Shown: positions 35,604 to 46,999, counted from the stretch's first letter. The stretch: 64,000 nucleotides of DNA from Fimbriimonadales bacterium (GCA_046330175.1 JAXLTG010000001.1:723599-787598), one strand, 5' to 3'. Translations and numbers: made by a program. The notes: generated by a model not told the origin, from the sequence alone.

Positions 35604-37109
35604 CTATCCCAGTTTGACAGGCTCGATGCCCAAAGAGTGGCAGGCCGCCTCCAATTCTCCAATCCAGTCTCCAAAAACGGCGTGTATGTGGTTACTTGCG
35701 TAATGATTCGCAAGCTCTTGCTTAGAGCAATCAAAAACTGCCCAGCAGTGGGGCCACTCGGGAGTTGTCTGTGCCGCGAGATTTCTGTCCACTGCTTCAC
35801 CGAAAAGTGTAAATCCACCAGTGAACATATGCATCCGGAACTGGCCAGACTTTCGCGTGATTCTCGCGAACGTGACCTTTTCTGCCGGCTCAGCAAAGAA
35901 CTCGACGCTCGCGCCACCATTCGGGAAATACATCGGAATGCTTGGGTGCAGCGTCACGTTCTTCCAGTTTTCACGGAAGTCATCGGATCGTTTTGAAAAC
36001 CAGGGCGCGTGTTGTCCGCTGTTTACTAAGTCGTACACACCGTCGTACTTGCACTCTCCACCGGCGGCACGCACATCGTTCGCCGAGAAGTAGTGCCGAA
36101 GGTCGGCAAACAGGGCGGGTGTGCCGGTTAGTAAGTGCATGATCTGCATGGTAAGCGCGCCATTACTGTCACATTCGGTCGCGCAAATTAGCGGCTTCTT
36201 GTTCTCATCTTCCCAATCTGCCGTGTCGTTGAGAAGGGCTTCGGGAACATCCATGATCGTGCCTTGAGGCCACTCAGTGTAATCGAGCTGACCAGTGAGC
36301 CCTAAGAAATCAATACCTTCATCACGGCAGTAGTCTTTGATTGCGAGATACAGCCGAACCTGTTTCGCGAGGTGGCCGTCCATCCCATCGCGCAATCGCT
36401 CATCGTTCCAATGAATCTTTCCACAATGCGTTTTTAGCCATTCAAGGCCGGTTTTCACCCGGTCGTTGGCAATCGAGTCGCACAGCCAAGCGAGCGTCAA
36501 TTGCGAGCGATGGAACACATGGACTCCGAATTGGGACATCCATTGGCTGGGATCAATGTGGCCCGTGTACATTCCCATGCTCGGCCCGTCGAACTCGCCA
36601 TATCGTTGGCCATGAAGCTGCTCTGCGGCGGCGTGACCTCGTGCTCTTTTATCAGGGTTGTGGTCGGCTAGCCACTGTCGCATCGCGGAAGAGGTTGCTT
36701 CTTCTGATTCCAAGTCGCCGAGCACGCGTCCATACGGCACTCCAAACTCATCGAGAGTTCCGGTGCAAGCGAAGAAAGCCACCCAACCTGGGAAACCGGG
36801 ATTAACGTTGCCAAGGAAGCAGATTGGGATGTCTTCCAATGCGAGGTCTCGCGCGGCCTGAGCCACGAAGTCTGGATACGCCCATACGCAGAAGTTGAAA
36901 ATTACTGCGTCGCACTCCTTTTCAACCATTCGAGCGGCGTTATCTAGAGAGGTTCGGTAGTTCCAAGAGATTGCAGTTGCCTGGACCGGCTCATGCCCAT
37001 TCGATTGCAGCCAAGTCGCAACCCGATTCTGAAAGTCAAAGCACTGTTTTTCGAGCATGTCTGCGGCTCGCTTTCGGCCATCGGTAAAAGTGATAATCCC
37101 AACTTTCAT
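35604..37109 (-). CDS. Sugar isomerase of the L-fucose / L-arabinose isomerase-like family.
   Basis: N-terminus MKVGIITFTDGRKR and overall length and pattern resemble uncharacterised FucI-like family proteins. Assignment is tentative. Confidence 0.5.
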   Translation of the reverse strand: MKVGIITFTDGRKRAADMLEKQCFDFQNRVATWLQSNGHEPVQATAISWNYRTSLDNAARMVEKECDAVIFNFCVWAYPDFVAQAARDLALEDIPICFLGNVNPGFPGWVAFFACTGTLDEFGVPYGRVLGDLESEEATSSAMRQWLADHNPDKRARGHAAAEQLHGQRYGEFDGPSMGMYTGHIDPSQWMSQFGVHVFHRSQLTLAWLCDSIANDRVKTGLEWLKTHCGKIHWNDERLRDGMDGHLAKQVRLYLAIKDYCRDEGIDFLGLTGQLDYTEWPQGTIMDVPEALLNDTADWEDENKKPLICATECDSNGALTMQIMHLLTGTPALFADLRHYFSANDVRAAGGECKYDGVYDLVNSGQHAPWFSKRSDDFRENWKNVTLHPSIPMYFPNGGASVEFFAEPAEKVTFARITRKSGQFRMHMFTGGFTLFGEAVDRNLAAQTTPEWPHCWAVFDCSKQELANHYASNHIHAVFGDWIGELEAACHSLGIEPVKLG

Positions 37110-37144
37110 GACGTCACAAGTGTACGCTTAAGACAGGGAGCAAC

Positions 37145-37651
37145 ATGGAGATCAGCATCCGGCGATTTTCCGAGCAAGACTCGGTAGATGACTTGACCGA
37201 ACTGATTCGGTCGGCATATCGGCGCCTGGCCGCCATGGGTCTGCGGTTCCTCGGCACGTGGCAGGATGCCGAGTTGACGAAGAAGCGCCTTGAGGCCGGT
37301 GAGTGCTATGTAGCTGTTGTCGGTGGCGTAGTTGTCGGCACGATTACGCTGTATCTGCCTGAGTCACACCGCGAATGCGCGCATTATGATTTGCCTGGTG
37401 TCGCCTACTTCGGGCAGTTCGCCGTTGATCCCGCGCTTCAGGAAAAAGGAATCGGCGGCACATTGCTCGATTTTGTTGAGCAACGAGCCGCCGAAGTTGG
37501 CTGTCTCGAACTTGCGCTCGACACAGCGGAGTCAGCTCACCATCTAATCGCATACTACGAAAAACGTGGTTACCGATTCGTGCAATACATTCAGTGGGAA
37601 TCCACGAACTATCGCAGCGTAGTGATGAGCAAACCGTTAGCTTATCTCTGA
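37145..37651 (+). CDS. GNAT family N-acetyltransferase.
   Basis: Acetyl-CoA binding motif QFAVDPALQEKGIGGTLLDFVEQRAAEVG. Confidence 0.8.
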   Translation: MEISIRRFSEQDSVDDLTELIRSAYRRLAAMGLRFLGTWQDAELTKKRLEAGECYVAVVGGVVVGTITLYLPESHRECAHYDLPGVAYFGQFAVDPALQEKGIGGTLLDFVEQRAAEVGCLELALDTAESAHHLIAYYEKRGYRFVQYIQWESTNYRSVVMSKPLAYL

Positions 37652-37652
37652 G

Positions 37653-37988
37653 TTACCAGTCTCGCGAACCGCCGCGACCGCCGCCACCGCGACCGCCGCC
37701 ACCACCACCGCCGCGGTAACCACCGCCACCGCCTCCGCCGCCACCTGGGCGTTTCGGACGGTCTTCGCGTGGTCGCGCTTCGTTGACGATGATCTTTCGT
37801 CCGCCGACATCGGCACCGCTTTTGTCGTTAATCGCAGCTTCAACGTTGGCGTCTTCGACATCAACAAACCCGAAACCGCGGCCTTCCACGATTCGTGCAG
37901 CCGATGCGCCGTACGCAGAGAACAGGTCGAGGAGATTTTCCTCGGTATATGAGTAGGGAAGGTTTCCCACATAGAGTGACTTTGCCAT
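37653..37988 (-). CDS. RRM-type RNA-binding protein with a Gly/Arg-rich (RGG) C-terminal tail.
   Basis: RNP2 LYVGNLPY and RNP1 RGFGFVDV motifs. Tail GGGGGGGGYRGGGGGGGRGGGGRGG. Confidence 0.85.
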   Translation of the reverse strand: MAKSLYVGNLPYSYTEENLLDLFSAYGASAARIVEGRGFGFVDVEDANVEAAINDKSGADVGGRKIIVNEARPREDRPKRPGGGGGGGGGYRGGGGGGGRGGGGRGGSRDW

Positions 37989-38165
37989 TCTTGCCTCCAG
38001 ATTTCTTCGCTGCGCCTTTGTTCTCTTTCTAACAATCTGGTTTCAAGGCAGAATGTCTCGGATCGCTTCTCGCGCAGCCATAAGGGATTATTGCACACCC
38101 ACCACGGGCTCATAGCCCGCAATACCCAGGCGGGCATTCTGGGGGGTGGGCTAAAATTCCCCCTG

Positions 38166-39779
38166 ATGACCCTGCTACTCACAATCCCACTGTTCCTATC
38201 GCCAATAGCGAGCGTCGCGCCGCCTCAGACCGACTGGCCTCTGACTCGGGCAGAGAAGTCGAACTACGCTGAAACCTCGACGTACGATGACGTGGTGCAG
38301 TTCGTTCATGCGCTTCAGCAACAGAGGGCTCCCCTGCGGGTTGCCTACATTGGCAAGAGTACAGAGGGAAGGCCGATTCCGATGGTGATCTGCTCCAACC
38401 CACTTGTCGCAAATCCGCTGGAGGCGAAGCGTTCCGGAAAACCGATTGTTTACATTCAGGCGAATATCCACGCAGGTGAAATCGAAGGGAAGGAGGCGGC
38501 GCAACAGCTTCTGCGCGACTATTGCCGAGACCATAGCAAAGTTCTTGATAAGTTGATTCTGATTGTAAACCCGATCTACAACGCCGACGGCAACGAAAAG
38601 TTCGGACCGATGTCTCGAAACCGCCCCGGACAAAATGGTCCTGAAAGCGTTGGAGTTCGCGCGAATGGCCAAGGTCTCGACTTGAACAGAGACTGTGTAA
38701 AGGCGGAATCACCGGAGATGCAGGCGGCGCTCGATAGCATTTACACAAAGTGGGACCCCGATGTGATTATGGACCTGCATACAACCGACGGCGTGCGACA
38801 TGGCTACGACCTGACTTATTCGCCGCCCACCAATCCGAACTGCGACCCGGGAGTGCTGCATTACAGTCGGGATCTACTTTTGCCTGCTGTGCGAACAGAG
38901 ATGCGAAGCAAACACAAATGGGAGTTTTTCGATTACATCGGCGACCTTCAATTTCAAGGCAAACAAGCCTGGTGTACGTTCGGGTCGGAAGCTCGATATG
39001 TTTCAAATTACGCCGGTTTCCGTAATCGAATCGGAATATTGTCTGAAGCCGTTAACTATCTTCCGTTCAAAGATCGGGTTTACACAACTTACGAGTTTGT
39101 TGACTCCGTATTGAACAAAATTGCGAAGGACGCGGCGACCGTTGTCAAATTGACGACGCAAGCTGACGAAAACGCAACAAAAATGGCGAATGCTTCTGGA
39201 AAGTCGGAGCTCGGTGTTCGTTTTGACCTTGAGTCTCGCGGGGACGAGTTTGTTTTGCTTGAGAAGCGGCCTGCGGCCGGAGCAACGAGGCCGAGTGGGC
39301 GTCCGACCGAGATTGAGCGAGTGAAGATGCCTGTGATGGATCGCTTCAAATCTACTCGTACGGCGAAATATCCGTGCGCATACATCATCCCGGCGGCAGA
39401 AACCAAAACCATCGAATTGCTGCTTCGACATGGAATTGTCGTGGAGAGATTTCGCACAGAAGTCAACTTCGGCGTTGATGAATTCATTGTCGGCGAGTTC
39501 TTACAAGCGCCAACCCCGTTCCAGAACCACAAGTTGATAAGGTTGGAAGGCAAGTTTGAGCGCACAAAGCACACTGTTGAGCCGGGTGATTTCATCGTGA
39601 GTTGTGCTCAACCGATGGGACCGCTTGCGTTTCACCTGCTCGAAGCGGAAAGCGTTGACGGGGCGATGGCTTGGGGATTCCTCGGAGAGAAGTTCGAGGT
39701 CGGATCCAAATTCCCGATTAGGAAGACATACCAGTGGCCAAACGTTCCGACGGAAGTGGTTCGTTCAGTTTCTAACTAA
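38166..39779 (+). CDS. Zinc carboxypeptidase, M14 family. Secreted.
   Basis: HAGE zinc motif in ANIHAGEIEGKEAA. Signal peptide MTLLLTIPLFLSPIASVA. M14 length and pattern. Start trimmed to the Met preceding the signal peptide. Confidence 0.8.
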   Translation: MTLLLTIPLFLSPIASVAPPQTDWPLTRAEKSNYAETSTYDDVVQFVHALQQQRAPLRVAYIGKSTEGRPIPMVICSNPLVANPLEAKRSGKPIVYIQANIHAGEIEGKEAAQQLLRDYCRDHSKVLDKLILIVNPIYNADGNEKFGPMSRNRPGQNGPESVGVRANGQGLDLNRDCVKAESPEMQAALDSIYTKWDPDVIMDLHTTDGVRHGYDLTYSPPTNPNCDPGVLHYSRDLLLPAVRTEMRSKHKWEFFDYIGDLQFQGKQAWCTFGSEARYVSNYAGFRNRIGILSEAVNYLPFKDRVYTTYEFVDSVLNKIAKDAATVVKLTTQADENATKMANASGKSELGVRFDLESRGDEFVLLEKRPAAGATRPSGRPTEIERVKMPVMDRFKSTRTAKYPCAYIIPAAETKTIELLLRHGIVVERFRTEVNFGVDEFIVGEFLQAPTPFQNHKLIRLEGKFERTKHTVEPGDFIVSCAQPMGPLAFHLLEAESVDGAMAWGFLGEKFEVGSKFPIRKTYQWPNVPTEVVRSVSN

Positions 39780-41515
39780 AGAGACTGAACGAACTCTCCG
39801 AGCGATCGTGCACCGAGGTCCCCATCTTCCCGGGAGCGGACACTCACGGTGCCGTTTTCGATGTCCTTATCTCCTACCACGAGCATGAACGGAATCTTCA
39901 TCTTCTGATTCATCACGATCTTCTTGCCGAGTCGCTCGCTCGACGCATCAATTGTCACTCGATACTTTCGGTCTCGATTCCAAATGGCCTCTCGAACCTT
40001 TTCGGCGTATTCGACGTGGCGATCCGAAATCGGAAGCACCGCAATTTGAATTGGCGCTAGCCAGAATGGGAATGCACCGGCGTAGTGCTCTGTTAGCAAA
40101 CCAATCATTCTTTCGAGCGAACCGAAAGGTGCGCGGTGAATCATGATCGGGCGATGGGGTTGACCATCTTCACCGATGTACTCCAAATCGAACCTTTCGG
40201 GAAGGTTGTAATCCACCTGCACCGTTCCCATTTGCCACGTTCTGCCAAGCGCGTCGCGAAGCATGAGGTCGAGCTTCGGACCATAAAAGGCTGCGTCACC
40301 GGCCGAGACAACATACTCGAGGTTCATCTCTTTACACGACTGCTCGATCGCTGCTTCTGCAAGTTTCCAGTTTTCGTCGGAACCTACGTATTTGTCGCTG
40401 GACGGATCCTTCGTACCGATTCGAACTGAGTAGTCGCTCAGTCCGAGCTTTTCGCACACGAAGATCGTGAGGTCAACGACACCTTTGAACTCTTCAAGCA
40501 GTTGGTCGGGACGCACAAACAGATGCGCGTCGTCTTGTGTAAATCCTCGAACTCGAAGCATGCCGGCGAGCTCGCCGCTTTGTTCGTAGCGATAGACGGT
40601 ACCGAATTCTGCAAATCGAACAGGCAGATCGCGATAACTTCTCATCTCGCTTCGATAAATTTCGATGTGGAACGGGCAGTTCATCGGCTTCAGAATATGA
40701 GTGTCACCGTCTTCGTCTTCCATGAACGGGAACATCTTCTCTTTGTATGTGATGATGTGTCCGGATTTCTCGTACAGCGCCTTGTTGCCGATGTTAGGAG
40801 TGACGACAGGTGAGTAGCCGCGCTTCATCTGTTCATCTTTCAAAAACTCAGTAAGCGTTTCGCGCAGCACAGCGCCGTTGGGCAGCCACAGCGGCAATCC
40901 CTGACCCACGACTGGCGAAAACATGAACAAACCAAGCTCCCGACCCAGCAGTCGGTGGTCCCGTTTCTTCGCTTCTTCAAGGTTGTGAAGATGCGTTTCC
41001 AACTCTTGCTGGCTCTCAAAGGCCGTCCCATAAATGCGCGTGAGCATTTTGTTCTTCACGTTGCCGCGCCAATACGCGCCTGCAATCGTTTGAAGCTTGA
41101 AGTGTTCAATTTTGTCAGTGGATTCGACATGCGGACCGCGGCAGAGGTCAGTAAACTCGCCTTGAGTGTAAAAACTGATCGTGTCGCTTTCTGGAATGTC
41201 TGCGAGCAGCTCAACTTTGTATGGAGCTTGGTTCAGACTCCGGATTCGCGCGCATGCTTCGTCGCGAGACATCTCTTCGCGGACGATGGGCAGCTTGCGG
41301 GAGGCGTTCTCGCGCATCTTCGCTTCGATTTTTTCCAGGTCTGCCTCAACAATTTTCGCATCGCCAAAGTCAACGTCGTAGTAGAACCCGTTTTCAATGG
41401 GTGGTCCGATGGTGAGTTTCGCACCGGGATAAAGCTGCAAAATTGACTGCGCCATGAGATGGGCAGCCGAATGACGAAGCGCGTAAAGGCGCGATTGCTC
41501 GTAAGCGACGCTCAT
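39776..41515 (-). CDS. thrS: Threonine--tRNA ligase.
   Basis: N2-domain YALRHSAAHLMAQSI and class II motifs (FRYEQSGELAGMLRVRGFTQDDAHLF). Anticodon-binding C-terminus. Confidence 0.9.
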   Translation of the reverse strand: MSVAYEQSRLYALRHSAAHLMAQSILQLYPGAKLTIGPPIENGFYYDVDFGDAKIVEADLEKIEAKMRENASRKLPIVREEMSRDEACARIRSLNQAPYKVELLADIPESDTISFYTQGEFTDLCRGPHVESTDKIEHFKLQTIAGAYWRGNVKNKMLTRIYGTAFESQQELETHLHNLEEAKKRDHRLLGRELGLFMFSPVVGQGLPLWLPNGAVLRETLTEFLKDEQMKRGYSPVVTPNIGNKALYEKSGHIITYKEKMFPFMEDEDGDTHILKPMNCPFHIEIYRSEMRSYRDLPVRFAEFGTVYRYEQSGELAGMLRVRGFTQDDAHLFVRPDQLLEEFKGVVDLTIFVCEKLGLSDYSVRIGTKDPSSDKYVGSDENWKLAEAAIEQSCKEMNLEYVVSAGDAAFYGPKLDLMLRDALGRTWQMGTVQVDYNLPERFDLEYIGEDGQPHRPIMIHRAPFGSLERMIGLLTEHYAGAFPFWLAPIQIAVLPISDRHVEYAEKVREAIWNRDRKYRVTIDASSERLGKKIVMNQKMKIPFMLVVGDKDIENGTVSVRSREDGDLGARSLGEFVQSL

Positions 41516-41674
41516 AGTGGAATCCTCGGGAGGTTGGAGTAGTTAGGCGAGACTGAATGGAGCTGTGCGGCCATTTTGCCGCATAACCTTGCTAATGAAC
41601 GGACTCGAATCGGGTTCCCAAGCATTTGCCTCGCGGAGAGAGGTCATTTTACCCACCGAGGAAAAGTCAGATGC

Positions 41675-43033
41675 TTAGGCGCGAGCTTCAAGTAGGCCTT
41701 TTGATACGATCACCGGCGGCGTCTTTCCGTTCGGCAGCGGCTCGATGCGCTCAACTCTCTCGGTTACAAGGTGCGGTTTCGTGCCAATCAGCCGTTCCAG
41801 CATATTTGCAATTTCCCGCTGCGTGGCCAGGTCAAACTCTTTAGGCGCAACATAAAGGAGTTTGAACTGATCAAACTCCTCCTGATGAAGCTGGGACCGG
41901 TTGCAGTTCGGCATATCCAATAGCGAGATGACGAGACCGGTCGCGACTCGGAATCTGCCATCTGGCAACGCGATTCTTGATACTTGCCGGCCGTGAAAAG
42001 TCTTTATTGAGCTCAACGTGCTTCCGCAGCGATTTGGGTGACTCGGGCGCTCCGCGACATCTCCAATTTCGTACCGGATTATCGGTGTGGCGAGGTTGTG
42101 AAGACTCGTGCCGTACAGTTTTCCCGTTTGCCCAGGTCCAACCTCGTTACCGCTTTCGTCCAGCACCTCCAGAATCACATTCTCATCATGAACGTGATAC
42201 AGATCACACTCACGGCAATAGAAAGCGACCCGGTTGAATTCAACAGTTCCGAATAGGTCATGTACGAGGCAGCCGTAACTTTCTTCAAGCTTTCTTCTTT
42301 CGCTGGCGAACAGTTGCTCGCTGGTCGTCATAATCGCTTTTGGCGCGAAACCGTCCAGTAAGTCAATGAGCGAAAGCATCATGCTCGGAGTGCCGTAGAG
42401 CAAATCTGGTTTGAGCTTTCTTATTCCGTCGGCGATAGACTCCAGCGGTTGCCGAATATCAAAGTCGTAACCGGCACCCATTCCCACGAGCTCGCGAATC
42501 TCATCGGAGAGCCAACTTCTTCTTCGCGCAGCGCCTAAGTTCGGATCCCAATCCGGATCTCTCGGAGAAACTGGAGTTCGGATGATCGCGCAGCTCGAGA
42601 GTGTGTCTATTCCGAGCTTCTCGCATTCGCGCAAGATGCATGCTGAGCGCCAAACGCGAACCAGTTTCGTCGCGGCTATCGAAATGGGTTGGCCGGTCGT
42701 GCCGGATGTTTTCATGAACAACAGCGGGCGGGAGTGTTCGGGACCACGCACGGCGACCTTCGATTCCTGTTGGGCGTTTGAGTACTCGGTTCGAGAAGTC
42801 AGCGGGAGTGATTGGAACGCAGCCCAATTTGTAACGTCGCTGTCGTTGAACCTTTCGCGATAGAACGCGACATTTGCCGCAGAATGCTCCACCAACTCAC
42901 GCAGTCTAAGTAGCTGCCATGAGGTTCGCTCGGCGTCGGACCAACTCCACGAGGAGTCGAGCAGACGACATGAGTCGCGCATTGCATCGAAGAGCGCTCC
43001 TTCAACTCCTGTGTCGCCACACAACATCCGCAA
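41675..43033 (-). CDS. Adenylate-forming enzyme of the phenylacetate-CoA ligase (PaaK / coenzyme F390 synthetase / CapK) family.
   Basis: AMP-binding P-loop MKTSGTTGQPISI. Length and pattern of PaaK-like ligases. Confidence 0.65.
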   Translation of the reverse strand: MRMLCGDTGVEGALFDAMRDSCRLLDSSWSWSDAERTSWQLLRLRELVEHSAANVAFYRERFNDSDVTNWAAFQSLPLTSRTEYSNAQQESKVAVRGPEHSRPLLFMKTSGTTGQPISIAATKLVRVWRSACILRECEKLGIDTLSSCAIIRTPVSPRDPDWDPNLGAARRRSWLSDEIRELVGMGAGYDFDIRQPLESIADGIRKLKPDLLYGTPSMMLSLIDLLDGFAPKAIMTTSEQLFASERRKLEESYGCLVHDLFGTVEFNRVAFYCRECDLYHVHDENVILEVLDESGNEVGPGQTGKLYGTSLHNLATPIIRYEIGDVAERPSHPNRCGSTLSSIKTFHGRQVSRIALPDGRFRVATGLVISLLDMPNCNRSQLHQEEFDQFKLLYVAPKEFDLATQREIANMLERLIGTKPHLVTERVERIEPLPNGKTPPVIVSKGLLEARA

Positions 43034-43045
43034 GGTGTCCGTTGT

Positions 43046-44221
43046 CTACACCTCGATCATGATCGCCGTCGCTTCGCCGCCACCGATGCATGGCGAGGCG
43101 ATACCGATGCCGCCGCCCCGTCGCTTCAATTCGTAGGCAAGAGTCAGGATGAGTCGGGTTCCGGTCATGCCGATCGGATGTCCAAGGGCGACCGCACCGC
43201 CATTCACGTTGAGCTTGTCCATCGGAATCCCGACTTTATCGGAAACTGCAAGAGCCACAACTGAGAATGCTTCGTTGACTTCGAACAGCGCAACATCGTT
43301 TACCGACTTGCCGGTCTTGTCAAGAAGTTTCGAGATCGCAGTAGCGGGGGCGGTTGTAAACCATTCAGGCGCCTGAGCGTGCTGAGCATAGCCGAGGATT
43401 TTTGCCAGCGGCTCGACTCCGGACTTCGACACGGCTGCCTTGTCCCCGATGACAAGCGCCGCGCCGCCATCGTTGATCGCGGAAGCGTTTCCTGCAGTCA
43501 CCGCACCGTCCTTTTCAAACGCTGGGCGCAGGGAGGGGAGTTTTGAGATATTGCCTCGGCCGGGCTCCTCATCCTGAGAAACTTCAATTGCATCTCCCTT
43601 GCCTTGCTGGACAGAAATCAGCACGATTTCATCTGAAAATCTGCCGGCCTCCTGCGCGTCCAGCGCTCGCCGATAAGATTCGGCCGCGAACTCGTCTTGT
43701 CGCTCACGCGGAATGCCGCATTCCCGCGAGCAAAGTTCGCCAGCGCCCCCCATGTGGATGTTCTTGTACGGGTCCCAGAGGCCGTCATGGATCATCATGT
43801 CAATGAGTTCACCGTTGCCCATTCTGTAGCCGGTTCTCGCCTTTTGCAGGATGTACGGAGCGTTGGACATGCTCTCCATACCGCCAGCCACGACCACGGA
43901 CGCGTCGCCAGACTTGATGGCCTGCGCAGCCATCATTGCCGTCTTCATGCCGCTGCCGCAGACCTTGTTGACAGTTGTACAGGGGACGGCTTCCGGGATT
44001 CCCGCAAAAATGGCCGCTTGGCGTGCCGGGGCCTGCCCGATCCCCCCAGACAGGACGTTGCCCATCAGCGCCTCATCAACCTCGTCGGGGGTCAACTCCG
44101 CTCGTTTGACGGCTTCCGCGATGGCGGCGGCTCCTAGTTTTGGGGCCGAAAGGGACGAAATGCTCCCCATGAAACTTCCAATGGGTGTTCGGGCTCCAGA
44201 AATAATGAATACTTCCGACAT
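43046..44221 (-). CDS. Acetyl-CoA C-acetyltransferase (thiolase II).
   Basis: VCGSGMKT active-site Cys region. NVNGGAVALGHPIGMTG and CIGGGEATA C-terminal signatures. Confidence 0.9.
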   Translation of the reverse strand: MSEVFIISGARTPIGSFMGSISSLSAPKLGAAAIAEAVKRAELTPDEVDEALMGNVLSGGIGQAPARQAAIFAGIPEAVPCTTVNKVCGSGMKTAMMAAQAIKSGDASVVVAGGMESMSNAPYILQKARTGYRMGNGELIDMMIHDGLWDPYKNIHMGGAGELCSRECGIPRERQDEFAAESYRRALDAQEAGRFSDEIVLISVQQGKGDAIEVSQDEEPGRGNISKLPSLRPAFEKDGAVTAGNASAINDGGAALVIGDKAAVSKSGVEPLAKILGYAQHAQAPEWFTTAPATAISKLLDKTGKSVNDVALFEVNEAFSVVALAVSDKVGIPMDKLNVNGGAVALGHPIGMTGTRLILTLAYELKRRGGGIGIASPCIGGGEATAIMIEV

Positions 44222-44374
44222 ATTGGCTACGTCCTTCAAATATTCTTGAAATCTAGTAAATCTCGTTAGTTTGGCTGACGAAATTTCTGATACAAAATGT
44301 ATTAGTTTTTGAGGATACCAGGCTGCCGCCGAGAAGCGGTCTCCGAACGTAACCTAAAAATTGCGGAGACAAAT

Positions 44375-44944
44375 ATGCAAAATGGCATGGCACAACGCGT
44401 GTTAATCGCGGATGACGAGAGTTCTGCTCGAGATCTCTGGCGCGCTCAACTGGCCGAACTCGGGCTGGAAGTTTGCGCTGAGGCGTCTACGGGTGATGAC
44501 GCCGTGAAACTCGCCGAAGAAACCCAACCCGATATCGCCCTGGTTGACATCAATATGCCTGGTCGCACAGGCCTCGAGGTCGCCAAGGAGATTTCTGAAC
44601 GGGCCAATTGCCCCGTCGTGCTCCTCACGGGAGCCACAAACCCAGACCTCATTTCGGCTGCCGCAGAGTCCGGCGTGTACGGCTATTTAACCAAGCCGGT
44701 CCGCCTCGGGGACCTCGGTCCGATGATCACGCTGACTATGGCCCGGTTTCGTGAATTCGATTCTGTTCGAAGACGACTCGAAACGAGGACAGTTCTGCAA
44801 CGGGCAAAGGGAATCCTGATGGATAACTTTGGGTTGACTGAAGATGAGGCTCACAAGAAGATTCACTTCGCGGCGAGGAGCAACAACCTTCCGATTTTGA
44901 AGGTTGCCACCGACGTTATCGAAACCAAAAACCTGCCGGTCTGA
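44375..44944 (+). CDS. Response regulator with an ANTAR RNA-binding output domain (AmiR/NasT-like).
   Basis: Receiver domain with phospho-acceptor Asp in [15 protein letters not shown] motif [32 protein letters not shown]. Confidence 0.85.
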   Translation: MQNGMAQRVLIADDESSARDLWRAQLAELGLEVCAEASTGDDAVKLAEETQPDIALVDINMPGRTGLEVAKEISERANCPVVLLTGATNPDLISAAAESGVYGYLTKPVRLGDLGPMITLTMARFREFDSVRRRLETRTVLQRAKGILMDNFGLTEDEAHKKIHFAARSNNLPILKVATDVIETKNLPV

Positions 44945-44970
44945 CGCCGGTCCGAGGGTACGCTTCGGAC

Positions 44971-46917
44971 ATGCCTGCGGCCCATCAAACCGACATCGCG
45001 TCGCTGACTGTGAACACGATTCGAGGTCTCGCAATGGACGCGGTTCAGAAGGCAAATTCCGGGCATCCGGGCATGCCGATGGGCGCCGCCCCGATGGCGT
45101 ACGCGCTGTTTCGAGACCACCTCCGCTTTGATGCCGAGTGTCCAAATTGGTTCAACCGAGATCGGTTTATCCTCAGCGCGGGGCACGGCTCAATGCTGCT
45201 TTATTCGTTGCTGCACTTGACCGGATACTCGCTTTCGCTTGACGAGATAAAGGCGTTTAGGCAGTGGGGAAGCAAAACGCCAGGACATCCAGAAAACACG
45301 ATTACACCCGGGGTGGAGATGGCCACGGGCCCGCTAGGCCAGGGATTTGCCACGGGCGTCGGAATGGCGATTGCAGAGGCTCAGCTTTCGGCGCAATTCC
45401 CGGGACTGATTGATCACCACACTTACGCAATCTGCAGCGATGGCGATCTGATGGAAGGGATCAGCCACGAGGCGGCTTCGTTGGCGGGTCACCTTGGGTT
45501 AGGGAAGCTCATTTACTTGTATGACAGCAATGCGATTACAATTGATGGCGCTACATCGCTTTCCTTCTCCGAAGATGTTCGCCTGCGGTTTGAAGCGTAC
45601 GGCTGGCACGTTTCCGACTGCGACGGAATGTCTGTCAGTGAAGTATCTGAGCGAATCGGACAGGCAAAGGCAGCTCAAGACAAGCCATCGCTAATCATTT
45701 GTCGCACTGTCATCGGTTTTGGAAGTCCAAACAAGCAGGGGAAATCCTCGTCTCATGGCGCGCCACTTGGCGAAGAGGAAGTAAAGGCCGCGAAAACAGC
45801 ACTCGGAATTCCACTCGAGCCACTTTTCTACATTCCAGATGAAGTCCGGACTCATATGGCTGAGCTTGGCAAGCGATTTCGTGATGATCGAATCGCTTCA
45901 GAGCTGTTGGGTTCACAAAATACAGAGTTTTGCGCTCGAGCGGAGAACGCGGCTGCGGACATCACATTGCCCCAGTTCGACAAGCCGGTCGCGACGCGGG
46001 CTGCCAGCGGTCAAATCATCAATGCGTTAGCAGAAAGGCTGCCCGGCCTCGTGGGTGGAAGCGCTGACCTCGCGGAGTCGAACAACACACTCATCCACAA
46101 CTCAGGTCCGTACTCAAGGTCCGATCGGTTGGGCCGGAACATCTATTTTGGCGTTCGGGAGCATGCAATGGGAGCTGCGCTGAATGGTATTAATCTTCAC
46201 GGCGGTTTGCGCGCGTTTGGAGGCACATTTCTAATTTTCAGCGATTACATGCGGCCCGCGATTCGGCTCGCTGCTTTGATGCACGCGCCTTCGATTTTCG
46301 TCTTCACACACGACAGCATCGGACTTGGTGAGGACGGCCCCACCCACCAACCCATCGAGCAGCTAAGCTCACTTCGCGCGATTCCGAATTTGTGGGTGAT
46401 TCGTCCAGCCGACGCGAACGAAACCAAAACGGCTTGGCAGATGGCGCTGGGTCGGAAGGAAGGTCCAACAACGCTCGTGCTAACGCGACAGGCGTTGCCG
46501 ATACTGTCCCCGAACGATGACAGCGCTTCAAAAGGTGCATATGTTCTGAGATCGAGTGGGAACGATGTTGCGGCTATTATCGCAACCGGTTCCGAGGTCG
46601 AGATCGCGGTGAGTGCTGCTGTTCGGCTCGGCGAAGCGGGGATAAACGTCCGTGTCGTTTCGGTGCCGTGTTGGGAGGCGTTTGATTCGCAGTCGGATGC
46701 ATACAAAGAGTCCGTTCTCCCTCGCTCGCTGACTATTCGCGTTTCTATTGAGGCTGCCTCCACGCATGGCTGGGCGAATTTCGTCGGCTTGAACGGAGTC
46801 TCAATCGGGATTGACCACTTCGGCGCAAGCGCACCTTACAAGACTCTTTATGATCAGTTCGGCCTAACCGCAGACCGGGTTGTTGAAGCGGTGAAGGGAC
46901 TACTCACGGCCCAATAA
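44971..46917 (+). CDS. tkt: Transketolase.
   Basis: [29 protein letters not shown], and thiamine-PP motifs. Full-length 648 aa. Confidence 0.95.
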   Translation: MPAAHQTDIASLTVNTIRGLAMDAVQKANSGHPGMPMGAAPMAYALFRDHLRFDAECPNWFNRDRFILSAGHGSMLLYSLLHLTGYSLSLDEIKAFRQWGSKTPGHPENTITPGVEMATGPLGQGFATGVGMAIAEAQLSAQFPGLIDHHTYAICSDGDLMEGISHEAASLAGHLGLGKLIYLYDSNAITIDGATSLSFSEDVRLRFEAYGWHVSDCDGMSVSEVSERIGQAKAAQDKPSLIICRTVIGFGSPNKQGKSSSHGAPLGEEEVKAAKTALGIPLEPLFYIPDEVRTHMAELGKRFRDDRIASELLGSQNTEFCARAENAAADITLPQFDKPVATRAASGQIINALAERLPGLVGGSADLAESNNTLIHNSGPYSRSDRLGRNIYFGVREHAMGAALNGINLHGGLRAFGGTFLIFSDYMRPAIRLAALMHAPSIFVFTHDSIGLGEDGPTHQPIEQLSSLRAIPNLWVIRPADANETKTAWQMALGRKEGPTTLVLTRQALPILSPNDDSASKGAYVLRSSGNDVAAIIATGSEVEIAVSAAVRLGEAGINVRVVSVPCWEAFDSQSDAYKESVLPRSLTIRVSIEAASTHGWANFVGLNGVSIGIDHFGASAPYKTLYDQFGLTADRVVEAVKGLLTAQ

Positions 46918-46999
46918 TCCCACTCGTAGGTCATTCCCTCGGTGTCGGCTACCAGTGTCTCCGCGGCCGTGAGCACCCCGGTACAATCTGTCGGCCATT

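Noticed and set aside
35637-36805. Multiple plus-strand ORFs (119 to 154 aa) antisense to the isomerase-like gene
   Set aside because: Arg/Ser-rich translations typical of antisense GC-rich coding DNA. No RBS.
37653-37760. GGYGGN tandem DNA repeat flagged as a possible non-coding microsatellite
   Set aside because: It is in frame within the RRM protein and encodes the Gly/Arg-rich tail. It is a coding low-complexity region.
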